64,000 nucleotides of DNA, from assembly GCA_010405405.1 (NCBI GenBank), contig MU004232.1, positions 1,879,481 through 1,943,480 on the forward strand, written 5' to 3'. The notes beneath the pieces are model-generated. The model was not told the DNA's origin. It saw nothing but the letters and a program-made list of their open reading frames with translations, and did no database searches. The first letter of the stretch is position 1, and every line of letters starts with the position of its first letter. Positions 24,762 to 37,700 of the stretch are shown piece after piece. The position numbers and the translations under genes are program-made. The stretch comes from Microthyrium microscopicum. Lineage: Eukaryota.

Positions 24762-25738
24762 ATGCCTCGTCCAAATGATCTCCAAATCTCCACAACTTCA
24801 TCCACGATCCGCACATCTCCCTCATCGCCTTCATTACGCGGATCGCCATCAACATCCTCGCTGCGCAAATCGCCTTCAACAGTCGACATCCTCGCCGCCT
24901 CCTTCGACCCACCGCGCACCCCAACCGCCGACATCTACAAGAACTTCATGGCACCCATTCCCGAAGAAGACAACACGCCCAAAATCATGATATCAGTCTT
25001 CGCCATCCGCGCCGACGGAACATTTCTCCTAGGTAGTCCAATATCTAGAGACGATCCATTCAAGTGCTGTAAGAGAAGATTGGTCTTTTGATATGCTATA
25101 TACAAAGTTACTAATGGGGGTATTTTACAATTAGATTCTTGGGGGTTGCCCTGCTTGCCGCTCGAATTTGGCGATACGTTTGAGCATTGCGCGCTGCGCA
25201 TTGCGAGGATGCATTGTCTGAAGCCGGTCAAGCCGAAGGCTGCGTATTTGGATACGATGGAGACTGTGCCGACTGATCATTTGCCGAATGGGGGGAAGCA
25301 TACGGTTATGATCTTCATGGCGCTTTGGGTTGAGGATGGATCTAGTCCTCCGGTAAGACATGTTGATGTATTGTTAAGGTATTCGCTGATGATTTCAAGG
25401 TTCAAACTCGATCTGGAACGTCGATTCTGTGGAATTGGGTCCGATGGGAAGAACTCAGCATCAAGTGCGAAGCTAAAAGCCCGTACAAGGACCTTTGTGA
25501 GCCGCTGCGTCAACTCAAGTGGACTCATTACACGGAGCGATTTCATCCATTGAAGATGCTGAGCGAGAAGATCGTGCTGCCGCCGCGAACAAAGGCGGAG
25601 AAGAAGTCTGCCAAGACAGCCAAGATAACGGCAGAAAAATCGGCGAAGGAAGCGGAGAAGGTGGCCAAGACAGCAAACAAGACGACGGAGAAAGAGCCCA
25701 AGGTGGAAAAGAAGAAGAGTTCGTGCGTCGTAATGTGA
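24762..25738 (+). CDS. Degenerate Nudix-fold paralog (pseudo-enzyme) with polybasic CaaX C-terminus; introns 25069-25134 and ~25353-25399
   Basis: Spliced ORF aligns to the upstream Nudix (FAIRADGTFLLG, WGLPCLPLEFGDTFEHCALR, KHTV, WNWVRWEEL) with introns at equivalent positions; ends KVEKKKSSCVVM*. Confidence 0.8.
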
Positions 25739-25741
25739 AGC

Positions 25742-27395
25742 CTATGTCTGGATCAAGAGAAACAGGGCTACTACCGAAATGCTGAAAACGATCCCGGCGT
25801 TGGCTCCTTGGATGGCAGTGATGGCCAGGTCGACCTTGCGGATGGTGATGGGTTCATTGCTGAATTGGCCTGTGATGTGGTTTTTCAGTTGTGTGAGCCA
25901 GCTTTGAAGCTTCCTCAGCATAGCCTTTATGGGTTCTCGCGATGCTGCTATATCTGTTTCAAGTAAAGCAGTCTGTAATGATTCGGGTAGTTCCGCTTCG
26001 GTCGTTTTGGACGTTCTCGCAAGATCTCCATCCTCCGTAATAGCAAGTTTGCCATTGTCCACGGCCTGAATGAGTTCGACAATATCCTTTTGGGGCTTTT
26101 TATGCAAGACCCCATCCTCTGTAATGGCAATGTTTCCATCCTGAACGTCCTGAATAAATTCCACAAGCTCCGCTGCGGGTCTCTTATCCAGAACTCCATC
26201 CTCTGTAATAGTGAGACTTCCATCCTTCACGGCATGAATATTTTCGACAAAATCTTCTGCGGGCGTCTTGAGAAGAACTCCTTCTTCTGTAATCACAAGA
26301 TCCCCTTTCTTGACGGCTTGAATGGCAAAATCTTCATCCTGGTGGATCGCCTCGAGGATGTCCGCTCCAATGACCTGGTCCTTCTCCTTCGTAGCTTTCT
26401 CCTCTGTAGCCGGGATAGAGGCTCCATCTACCGCCGTCCCAAACTCTTTCTCATCCAACGCCATTCGCACCTCCCTTACTATCCTCCTCCGTCTCCACGG
26501 CTCAAATATCACCAAATTCACCAACAGCAGAAAAATATTGACCCCCATCAACCCCATAGTTACCCACGTACTATTCCGCCTTATCGTATCTGACCAAATC
26601 TGCTCTTCATGATATTGTGCGCGCTCCCTCTTCTCCAACCTCGTCCGTGCCTCTTCCAAAGACTTTTCTGCAATAGTCGCCGTATCCTTCGCTTCCTGCA
26701 CTGCCTGGTCATTCGCATGCTCGGATCGTACAAGCGACATGTATTTTTCGAGATCTGGTGTTGACCAGGAATTTTTGCGCTCGAGGAGGGCGACTAGCTC
26801 GGTGGCTGATGTGGTTCGTTTTAAGTGCGCTTCGTCGAGGGCGGTTTTTGCGGTTTGGAGGGCGGTTTGACGGGCTTTGACTAGTTGTTCTGGTTTCTGT
26901 TTAGGTAACGTGAATTGATGCACTTTTTAGATACATACCTTGCTCTTGGATCTCCCGTCTCAAAGCCTCAATTCCAGAGTAGTCTGTTCCAGTATAGTTG
27001 TTGATCTGTTGACTTGCGACTGCCATTTTCTTCATCAGGCCATCCATCACTGTATGGAACCGCTTTGAAAAGTCCCATTGGCGGGTAAGGCGATGTGAGG
27101 GTAGCTCATTGTCAGGCACCCGGTTGACCTTGGGGTCTTGCGCCAGCGAAGGTTTAGGAGCACTGTCATCTTTCGGTATAGTGCTTGGTGGCTTGTTCTC
27201 TAGCTTGTCTGTCCATCTTGAGCTTGTCGAAAATGCTTTGCGCCCAGGAGTTTGTCGAGTTACATGGACAATCGTGAATGGTGAGGAGCTAATTTTAGCT
27301 CGGCAGCTTGAGCAAATGGATAGTGATCGCGAAGCGTTACTCGTTAGCGAGGGCAGAATTCGAAGTCGGCGATAGAGTGGTCTTAAGGAATCCAT
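25742..27395 (-). CDS. SHE9: Mitochondrial inner membrane protein She9/Mdm33; intron ~26892-26938
   Basis: Arg-rich presequence, NNYTGTDYSGIEALR, LLERKNSWSTPDLEKYMSLVRSEH, YHEEQIWSDTIRRNSTWVTMGLMGVN, FEPWRRRRIV, C-terminal TM. Confidence 0.92.
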
Positions 27396-28001
27396 CTCTA
27401 AAGCGGCCAGCACGCCGCATCATGTACGAAAAGTCAACAGTTTTGTCGAGCTTCAGCTTTGCAGCATGAAGTTAGCGCAATTCTGATCAGCACAGGGGTC
27501 CTGCTTTCGGAAACCGCAAGCGAGGCCTTGGCGCTGCCCCTATCATGGTGTCAACAGATCAGGCTCTCTCGATTACTAACTTCAACTTTCATTTTGCTCT
27601 ATGGTACTTGATCTAATTGCCATCAAAGATAGAAGTATTCAAAGACTGACGCCTCGTTTGCCCGCGATGGGAAGCATTGTATCATCTGATCAGAACGTCT
27701 ATCGCGACTACCACCGTCTATGAAAGCGTGTCATTTGTTTCAATGCTTGTCAATTTGCGTGATTCTTTTGTTCGTTTAGAGAAGGCGCACCCAGTTCAGA
27801 TGTTGGGTGGTGACTTCTGTTCAATGACTTGTTTGCGTCGGAAGGAGGGCACACAACTTGTAGCCTACATCAAGATGTGAAGCAATGGCGGGAACAATCC
27901 AACGCAAACTTTGCATCCACGATGAGATATATCTAACCTCAGATTGGTTTCTGAACTCTTTCAAACTGCTGTCCTCTACTTACACGACAGTTTCTGCTAC
28001 G

Positions 28002-30456
28002 ATGGAACGGTTGCCCGCGGAACTTTTGATCGCCATCGCTGAGAGCCTAGCTGATATCGATCACTCAAGCTTGCAATACTTTGTCCTCGTCAGCCAAAGG
28101 TTCTACCAGGCGGGTACGCCATACTTATTCTCCACAGTCGCCCTTCTAGTTGGATTCCGCCAATTGGTTCCTTATGTGGTCGAGCGCTTTCCAAACGCTG
28201 TCAAACCTCATGTCCGGCATCTCGTTGTTACCGAGCGCGAGAAAGAGATTTGCGCTGGCGAAACTGGTTTGTGGGGCACGCTTTCCACCGACATCCTCCA
28301 GCAATTTGGCCATCCTCGCCCCAAGTCAAATGGCTCACCAGATGATGATGGCACAGACGACGGATACTCCGAGCGGTTATATGAGCATTCCGAAGAGCAA
28401 TTCGACGGCAAACCCGATGAACAGATGCTAGACTATGAGGCCCCTCAACGCCACTACAGCAACGCAGAATATGTACCTCCTTGGCATCATCTAATCTACC
28501 TCCTGGCTCAGTTGCCTAACTTTCGCTCTATAACTTGGGAGGTGGATGAGCCATTTCCTGAAAGTCTGCTGGCAGTGTTGCGCACCCATCGAGCAGGCTC
28601 TGAAATTCATATGAAGGCCAACCGCTGTCCGCTTTGGGCGCTGGAACGCTCGGCGATCTTGTCCAGTCTTTCTCAGTCATTTGATGATACTGCGCCTACA
28701 GTGATTCTCAATGAACTTATGGCAAGGTTCATTCGAGAGCTTCCACCAAGCCTAAAGAGCCTGCGAGTCGAGCGTGGCAATGCTCACAGGCCTGAAGAGT
28801 TCAACAAAATTTACTATGCTAAACCAGCAGCAAGCATACCACCAAAACCTGATTCAGAAATCAAACTGGCGTTAAATCATCTCGACATTAGTCTATACAT
28901 TGAATCACTCGATTTCTGGAAGCGCGCAACTGACTTTCTTGTCCTCAAAAGGCTCACACTTAACGGACATCTGCGGCTGAATAACCTCAAATGCCTGACG
29001 AACGATTGCACATTTCGGTCGCTGAATAGTCTATGGCTCGACCTGACGTTGCCGCTTCCATACAATCGACAAGCTGATCCGTATCTGGACACGTATTCGA
29101 TAGCCGTCATCGAGGAATATGTTGACTTGGCGAAGACTCTTTTCGAGCACTTGGCAGATTCTGGGGTGATGCTTAGTGCACTGGGACTATGCTCCATTTT
29201 TCCACCTGCAGTGTTTACGGCGGTCATGAAACACCATGGTAAGTTTTCTTCTCTAACATCGCTATAGCCTGACCTTGAGCGAGATATTGGCAATTCCAAA
29301 CACCGTGAATATCTCATCGCATTCTGTGACTACCATTCAGAGCGTTAAAGGTTTCTCAAGAAAACATTATCTCTTCATGGACAAAATAAGTGAGCAGTTT
29401 CGACGACTACTCCCATCGATTGCGATGGCTGCCATAACACTTTTCAAAGAGTGGTTGCATCAATTTCCATCAGCGTCGTAAAACTTTCATCAGATTACCA
29501 AACACGAGGTTTAATTAAGGTAGCCACTCTCTACGAAGTGTTATGGCAGCCATCGCAGTCGATGAGATCAGTCGTCGCATCGGCTCACTTATTTTGTCCC
29601 TCGAGAGATAATTTGGTGGTTTAAGGGATTGTGGCATTCACACAAACCAAAAGATTCCATCTAGGTGACTCGACTAACAGGGCACGTAGGTCAATTCTTG
29701 AGTCTGCTTAATCTACATCAACCGGGGCGTAAGGACACCTATCAGTGGAAGGCGACTCAGATCAAGTTGATTAACCAAAGCTGCCCGATTCTCGAGGAAC
29801 TGATGATTAGAATCGCACGTACTGAAGGAGATCAGAGCGAAGTTGCAATTTACAAGACATTGGGTACTTTCATCAAGCTCCGCCGGCTGCATCTTGCATT
29901 AGACATCCGTGAGGGCCTGTTTTGGTCTGAAGATATGACATCGTGGGAGAACAGGACATACTCGAATGACGAACCAGCACCATGGGAGCCAGATCTTTGT
30001 CGAAGGCTGCTCATCAATTCAAACGTCGATGGAGCACTTGCCCAATCGATCTTCAGGACCATCAACTCAGCCAAGCCCGTCGGTGCACCTTTACTTGCTA
30101 TTCTGACAACTTGTTTCGCAGGCGCTCCAGTGTTATGGTATAGTGATCATCCGTTACAATCCAGCGATGATTATCAATTCATGATGATCTTGCTCATGCG
30201 CGACTGGATCATTCGACCGCACCCTAATATCGATCTCCCCAATGAACTGATTGTCGATGAGAACAAGGCTTCTTACTGGCACTTGGATCAAATAGATAGC
30301 TCTTGGGACTTCATCAAAACTTGGACCTTCACTGCAAACGAAATGTCCGTTATCAAAGCACTTTGGCCTGAGCGCTTGGATCATGATTATTTCGGCCCAA
30401 AGGAGGGTCCCCATGACTGGTGGCATTATTCTCCGAGCAAGCCTCTTGCTCTTTGA
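28002..30456 (+). CDS. F-box-like protein, paralog 1; single 451-nt intron 29239-29689
   Basis: MERLPAELLIAIAESL...FVLVSQRF...LFSTV; family motif CPILEELMIRIARTEGDQSEVAIYKTLG; splice restores frame. Confidence 0.8.
29366..29612. repeat. Long imperfect inverted repeat (93-bp arms 29366-29458 and 29520-29612, ~61-nt loop) inside an intron
   Basis: Arm 1 attatctc..ggacaaaataagtgagc..cgacgact..catcga.tgcgatggctgccataacactt..agagtgg is the gap-free reverse complement of arm 2. Confidence 0.93.
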
Positions 30457-31587
30457 ATTCTTTGAAGAAAACAACGTATGAAATGCTCCGCTGTAAATGC
30501 TTTTACCCAAACAATTGTCACTTCCCGTTGCTTCTTTTGAGCTCCCACCTCGGGTAATGTCTTTGAGCCATCGCAATTGGCGAGGCAGCTTTGTAGTGTA
30601 TGATGACACCTTAGTATTCTCTGGCTGCTCGACATCATTACTTGGTAATCGTGTAAAACCTACTTTCTATCTACACAATTTGACGGGACGAAAGAACAGT
30701 GTGTCGTAGTTCTATGCTACCCAGGTTCAAGTCAATTGCTTATTTGGAGGTGCTCTTGCTTGCTCGAAGTGATTGGCCCTGATGCCAGCAGATATTCTCT
30801 CTCACAAGAAGAAAAGTTGAAAATTGAAACGGACTTCTTTGCTTAGTCTGATCAGCAATATCATCAATGAAACGATGATTCTGTGTGGAGTTTGTTGAAA
30901 TACGCATAACAAGGATATACCGCTGAGGACAAGTATGGGAATAAGAAGCTTGTGAGCTGAGTGTACGATCGCTCAGTGTCCATTTCCTTTCGCGTCATCT
31001 TGGAAGACCATAATCATTCGTGTCCGTAACAACATATACAGAACAGCGCAACTTTGCAGCGCATATTGTCCACTTGGATCAGATCTATGAAGACAATATC
31101 CCTCATCAGGTTCTTGCCCACGGCTTTTAGCCGCTACAACCTGTTGTTTCTTAAGGTCAGTTTGAGTTCCTTCCAAAATTCCTTGTAGCAACCTTACGCA
31201 AGAGTCGTCACCGCCGTCTTAACATAACGGTAACTAAATCAGGACTCAATCTCACCTCCGCTAGGCTTGGCAAGGCTGAATATTAGCAACTCATTGGACT
31301 GAGGTCACATATGTCCACCTGGACACGCTTTTATCAACGTTCCCGCTTGCCTAGAATGATATATACTATTTCACTTTTACTTTTAGCGCCAGAGTCGTTG
31401 GTGTAAACTCGTATATAACCCACCCTCAAATCATTGTTTTCTCGAACTGCATCCTTTCCCCAACATCCTGCACTCTCCATCATCTCGCCGACCTCGTTAC
31501 CAATTGTTGAGTCAACTTCAGCTTCTTCTCGGTCAACAACTGCACACTTTCAATTATCGACCTGTCATTCTTTGACTTCTGACAATC

Positions 31588-33765
31588 ATGCCGCGAACTC
31601 TCGATTCTTTGCCTATGGAGCTGCTAACAACAATATGCGACCATGTTGCAGATCATCGACCGAGTCTTGTCTCAGTCTCTCTTGTCAGCCACAAGATGCG
31701 TACAGCTGTTGCGCATAAACTCTTCTCCATTGTCCATATGCGAGGACCTACGGAGGCTGACTTCGTGCGCCAAGTTTTGCACTTTCCAAAAATAGTAAGC
31801 TTTTCCTTTGAACAATCAATTCCCTTCATTTCAAGTGCTAAAGCACATGGCTACCTGCCTGGTCTTGTCCGACTACCGCAGATTGTACGAGTTTCCCATC
31901 CGAAAGATCACACTTGATATTTGTTCTGTCCATTTTGTTGACCTTTCCATGAAACATATATTAACAACTCTCAGGCAAAGGATAATGTGCGACAAGTAGT
32001 TGTTTACAACTTCACTCCTCAACAGCAATGGAACAAGAGTGTCCCATGGGGCCAGCATCATGCACAACCAGTCCCTGATAAAACAGGTCCAGACTTGACT
32101 CCTCGACATTCCTTCTTTGGGGCAGAAAGACTGGGAATGTTTGCTCCAGAATTTCCATCGCGATCTACGCATTTTCTGTTGTGGCCAGGCAGTATTCCAG
32201 AGAACACGGCAGTCACATACCAATTATTCGCAAATGTTCTCAAGGAGCTATCGAAGTTGTCCGATCTGCGCTGGAAGAACTGGGATGAGCTTCCAGGCTG
32301 CGTCCTACATGCACTACATGCCAAAAGTCGCAAGCCTAAACTTCATATGGACATATTCCACTTCTCTACTCTGGATGGATTAGTTGGGCCTGGCAACCTT
32401 CTGGCAATCTCGCCTTGTCTTCACAGCATGGTCATCCGTCATCCCGACCCATTCTCAGTTTCTCGAGCAACAGCATTGACTGAAATAATGCGCCGGTTCG
32501 CTAGACTAGCACCTAATCTGAAAAATATTGCTCTACAAGCAATTGATGAACCTTGGGATGAACCAAACAATCCATACTATCCACAGGCCTTGATGCGATG
32601 GCGCCAGGAGGAACAGCATTGCAAGACAAACAGACATGGCAAACCCCCAATGCTCTCGCTGGAATCCATAAATATTCAATGGTTCTTAGTCGGTCTCGAT
32701 TCCGGGACCCATGATGGCGCAGTTTGGGTGGGGATGAATGACTTCTCTGCTCTCCGCGCTCTGTCGATCGACCATCCTCTTTCACTAGCTTCTTTGCAAT
32801 TCCTGGCTCGGAACAAAACACTTACATCACTAGAATCCTTGTCACTCGAATGGAACTACGCTCTTGATCCCCTGGTGATGGAAGAATTGAAGCACTTGTT
32901 TCAAAACTTGGGACAAATTGCAAGTATCAAGAAGCTTGCTGTCCACCCGCGATCTGATCTCCCTAAAGGACTTCTGCAGGCTATCATCGAAAGCACTGGT
33001 AAATCATTGCGTGTCTTATGCTTACACCGATGGGATTGCTGCTCTCTTTGGTTCAATGGAGTGAGTGACGATGAAATATACCTACTGCGTAAAGGTCAGT
33101 AATCGCCCTTGATTAGAGCAAACCGACTTCAAACTGATATCTTGAAACTGATATGTTGTCTAGGCCTGCCAAATCTCGAAGAACTGACAATTCGAATCAA
33201 CCGAAAATTCGGTTTCCCTGAAGAAGTAGCCATATATGAAGAGCTAGGCAAGTTTCCCAAGCTCAAGCATGTTTCACTTGCCCTTGATGTCTTTGCAGGC
33301 GCCTTGTGCCTTAGCAAAGAGCACAAGAAGGACTATGTGTTTGCTGCGCTTCAGGAAACCGTATTCCTTTCGACAGTGGCAAATGCCTGTCTTGACAAGT
33401 ACCTAGCTCACAGCATCTACGAGTTCATCAACCGAGCGAAACTAAAGACTGGGAACCGCCTTGAAACTCTGAAACTCAAGGTGGTTGGTTTGTCCACTTT
33501 CAGCTCTAGAGGCGGCTTTCCTCGGGACGGAGCAAAGATGCGGACACTTGAAATAATTGGTCGGGAGTGTCAGATCAGTGCTGATTTAAACGTCGACAAT
33601 CCGCATAAACTGCACTTTTCGAGATCTGTAGTGCAGAAAGCTCGTGGTGTGGTGGACGGCCATACCAAGGCTCTGCTCCGATCGCAGTGGCCGCGAAGTG
33701 AACGGGAAGAACCTTACGACTGGGAGCAATATATTCGTGGTATGCCGCATATTGCACGCTACTGA
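31588..33765 (+). CDS. F-box-like protein, paralog 2; introns 31795-31974 and 33095-33163
   Basis: MPRTLDSLPMELLTTICDHV...SLVSHKMR; LRWKNWD; GLPNLEELTIRINRKFGFPEEVAIYEELG. Confidence 0.82.
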
Positions 33766-34376
33766 AGGATCTGATGATATAATTTGCTTCAAGGAGTTGA
33801 CTTTGTCTGCAAGATGGAATTGAGTTCCTAGTCACTCATTTCTTTCGCAAGGCTGCCACGTTATTGATTACCTACAAAAGGAGATCTGTCCTCTGGCCCT
33901 GTAACTGAGATTTGTAGAATGTAATTGATAATGTATCTGAGAAGGCATTTTCTCACAGTCGTCGCTAAAAGGTGAAAATTTTCTTCACCCGGGCTGCTGC
34001 GATGTTCATCCTGGATCCGGCATTTGCCCTTTTGTCCTTGTGCGTGACCCATCAGTGACTGGCCAGAGGAAGGCCGGAGCGGCGCTCATACTAGGATCAG
34101 GCCATACTGGCAGAATGATAGAATAGCTACTTCAGGCTCTGTTCTCTTGGTTATCAAAAACATCGAAGAAAGCTGATATAGGTGATCTAGCCAGTATTAA
34201 AGTTTTCATTCTGTACATGAGAAGAAAATAAGACTAGTATAACATCTTTCTCAAGATGTTCAATGGATACCTTAACGATGGTAGAAAGTTATGTTGCTGC
34301 TGATACAGGCGAATGTTCAATAAAAGAAAGAAGACAAGGTTTCTCATGAACTTCCAGTCAAGGATGAAAATACTTT

Positions 34377-36462
34377 TTAGGAGTTGTAGAATGGTGCAGT
34401 TGGTGCACGACCAACAAGTCTTTCTCCTTGAGATGGCCTTAACTTTTCTTCCTTGTACCACTCCTGAGCGGTTTTTGACAGTTCTTTGACTTCTTCAAAA
34501 TCAAAATCTTTCTTGGAAAGCAGGTCATACACGCCTTCTGAATAGTCGGGTGCGATGTTGTATATCTGGGCCAGGTACTTTTTCTAATGAACCCGTTAGT
34601 ACTTCATTCAACCGCTGCCGGCAAGGCATGGCAGGTCTCTTACTTGTATCTGAGAATAGCCAACTTTGCTAAGGAGCCTTGCAGTGTTCTGACATGTATG
34701 AATTCTTTGCTCTGGCTTCATGACCTTTGTCCACAGGGTGGTTGCTTGTTCGTAGTCATTCTTCTTTCCTTCATGCCAATAATGACTCTTGCGGCTGACG
34801 ATATTGTCGCTTACCGCGTATGGTGCTTCTGCCACGTCTGGACGAAACTTGTGGGCAAAAGAGTTGGGCGCATATTGTTTGTTACCAGCATGATTGGCGT
34901 CAACTCGTAATTGGCCATCAAAATTGAGCGACGAGTAAGACTTTGCCATGAACGGGCAGTTGACAGGTATTTGGTGTAGGTTGACTCCAATCCGATGATA
35001 CTGCGCGTCTCGGTAGAAAAACATACGGAATTGGAGCAATGGATCTGGAGAGTCTTCAACTCCAGGAACCATACTTCCAGGAGAGAAGGCTGCTTGTTCG
35101 ACATCTCTGTGGAAATTCTCGGGATTCTTGTTCAAGACCAGTCTACCAAATTCTTGCATTGGAAATCTATCGCGAGGCCAGACTTTGGTGACATCAAATG
35201 GATCAAAGCCAAGTTTTTCAGGATCAGCTTCATCAGGTTGCATCACTTGAACATTGGCAGTCCATTCAATGTTTTCACCCTCTTCAATGGCTCGCCAAAG
35301 GTCACGTTTCGAGTAATCTGGATCCTCACCGGATATTTTCATGGCCTCGGAATCCGTGAATTGCTTTTGGCCATGTTTTGCTACGAAATGGTATTTGATG
35401 TAGACGAAGTCGCCGTCTGCATTAACCCATTTGAACGTGTGGCATCCATAACCATGGTTGAATCGCCAACCCACAGGTGTGCCGTGATCACTGAAGAACA
35501 TCAAGCCAGCATGATTGGCTTCTGCAGTGTTGGCCAGGAGATCAAAAAGCGAATCATAATCCAGTAAAAAGTTGGAAGGATTCCGCGCTTGAGATCGAAT
35601 AACATCGGGTCCTTGTATAGGATCGCGGCAAAAGAATATAGGCTTTGGTGGTTAGCTTATATTTGCTTTACTTTATCTTTGAAGAACTTACAAAATTGAG
35701 CCCAACGATATCATAGTTTCCCTCCTTCGTATACATTTTTATAGCAAATCCACGAGGATTGCGAGCCTCGTCGGGAAACTCGCGACCAAGAGTGACAGTT
35801 GAGAAGCGAACAAAAACCGGAGTCTTTTCGCCAACAGTGGACAGAAAATTCGCTTTCTATCTCATTTGTCAGTATGATTCAAAGTAGGCGGTGAAGGATA
35901 CATACAGTCAAGCTTGTAACGTCGTTTGTACATTCAAAATACCCAAATGCACCACTTCCACATGGATGAACCATTCCTAGATTTTGATATTAGCTTTTTG
36001 CAAAGGGAAGCGAAAATATCTCCTTACTTTCCAAATTCTTGGAGCGATTGAAATGTTGTTGCTTTCTACCGACAGTCAGGATCACGCATGGGGTTCGTAT
36101 ATGCCGAATACTACTTACTGAAACAAGAAGACATCACTGGCTACAGGAATGCCACCTACTGTCTTGCTATGTGCACTTTTCTCAAGTTAGTTTATGGTGA
36201 TGAGGGATTGAGATTTGGCATACGGGTCTGGAAATGGAATGCCTTCATTGTTTGTGAAGTACAAACCATCATCAGTTCTTTTGCCGCCTTTGACAGCTCC
36301 GGAAACTTTCCCAATGATATCTGCCGGGCCTTCGTTGGCACTCATCATATGCGAAGCTCTTGTACCACGATGTTCTCCAGACATGGCGCCTTGGATACCA
36401 GTCGCAATGGCTTCTAGCGGATGCTGACCTATGTTCATTTGGTTACTGTTGAGTGAAGCCAT
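34377..36462 (-). CDS. Small-subunit monofunctional heme catalase, multi-intron
   Basis: [82 protein letters not shown] (proximal Tyr motif); last exon ends APFYNS*. Confidence 0.95.
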
Positions 36463-37094
36463 TGTAGATGTCGTGGAGAAAATACTTTCATTCCATCTAG
36501 CTGCTGATACTTCCATTATTGACAAACAAGTGAAGCTTTTAAACTTAAGAGTCTCCATAAGTTAAGGTCCAAATGTTCATTCACGTGCGTCATGTTACTG
36601 TGTTGATGCATTGAAAGAAAGCGTCATACAATCTTAGTGTACAACGTCCATAACTAGAGGATCGAAAGTGTTGATTCAATCCAGCCAATTGTACGGTTCG
36701 TCAATCGAATAAAATTTCCAAATTGGGATTTTGTTGTCTTGCTACCAGGTACTGTGCAGTAGACAGCATTTAAGCGTACACGAATTGGGTTAGTAAACCA
36801 TCTGATCTGACAAGGATATGGGAAATTCTTGAAATTCCCATGGTGATCAGGAAGGAACACATGGCAAATGAGAATCCCATGTTACAACCACGCCCACAGG
36901 CGCAATGAGCAAATTCCATGCGTTTCTGCCCAAGGCTATTCATCGACTGCATTTGCCAATGCTCAGTACAGGAGCATTTTACTTTGTCTATCAACTGCAA
37001 AAGCACAAAGCTGCAAAAGCTATGAGCTGGATGTTTGCCGTAGTGCCAGCGATTTTGATATGAAAGGAAGGTTTTACGGCCTTCACGTTGAGCA

Positions 37095-37700
37095 TCACAT
37101 GTTTTTGACTGACTTGTCACAATAATTTGACGTCATTTGGGCAACCCTTGAGAGAATCTCTTTTGCACAATACCTCTCACACCAATTATTCAGTTGTCTA
37201 CAAACGGGTATTGTCTGTTTTGCAGGAAGAACACGGCTTGAAGAAATTTCCTCTGACAGAGACTGGAAGATGAATAATGCACCCACCAGCAACAATGCTC
37301 TCGGTGAACCCGAAGGCATGAAGAACAAAGGCCTAGAAACAGCCGCGGTAGGATTGTTATCAGAAGCGCCTTGACCGATAATTGTTCGAATGTTAGTGCC
37401 ACTCTCTTTCAAACTGTTGCTGGCACTTGATATGAGGCCATAATAATTGTCTGCCGTGAGTGGAATATAGGTTGCGCAAGCCAACGGTGTCCTGGTCACA
37501 GTTGTTGTCGCTGGTCCCGTGCATATAGGCCATCCAGGACAAGTGGACAGAACAACCGATTGTGGTGTGGCACCAACACAGCACCCTGTCTGAGCAGGAC
37601 CAGCAATGTTGTAAACACCAGGGCAGCTGCTGATATCGGCCAAAACAGGCTGCGCTGAAAGAACGGAGAGTAGAGCGGTAAGGTAAATAGAGGATTGCAT
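37095..37700 (-). CDS. Small secreted Cys-containing protein, possibly GPI-anchored or effector-like
   Basis: Signal peptide MQSSIYLTALLSVLSAQPVLA, six Cys including CC, Thr/Ser-rich linker, hydrophobic ALLLVGALFIF. Confidence 0.7.
   Translation of the reverse strand: MQSSIYLTALLSVLSAQPVLADISSCPGVYNIAGPAQTGCCVGATPQSVVLSTCPGWPICTGPATTTVTRTPLACATYIPLTADNYYGLISSASNSLKESGTNIRTIIGQGASDNNPTAAVSRPLFFMPSGSPRALLLVGALFIFQSLSEEISSSRVLPAKQTIPVCRQLNNWCERYCAKEILSRVAQMTSNYCDKSVKNM

Noticed and set aside
29239..29267. GTAAGT-CTAAC-TAG mini-intron at the start of the long intron
   Set aside because: Only 29 nt, below normal fungal intron size, and using it creates an immediate stop
34377..37700. Functional cluster linking the catalase and secreted protein with the F-box genes
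   Set aside because: Only adjacency supports it; no shared motifs or pathway logic visible
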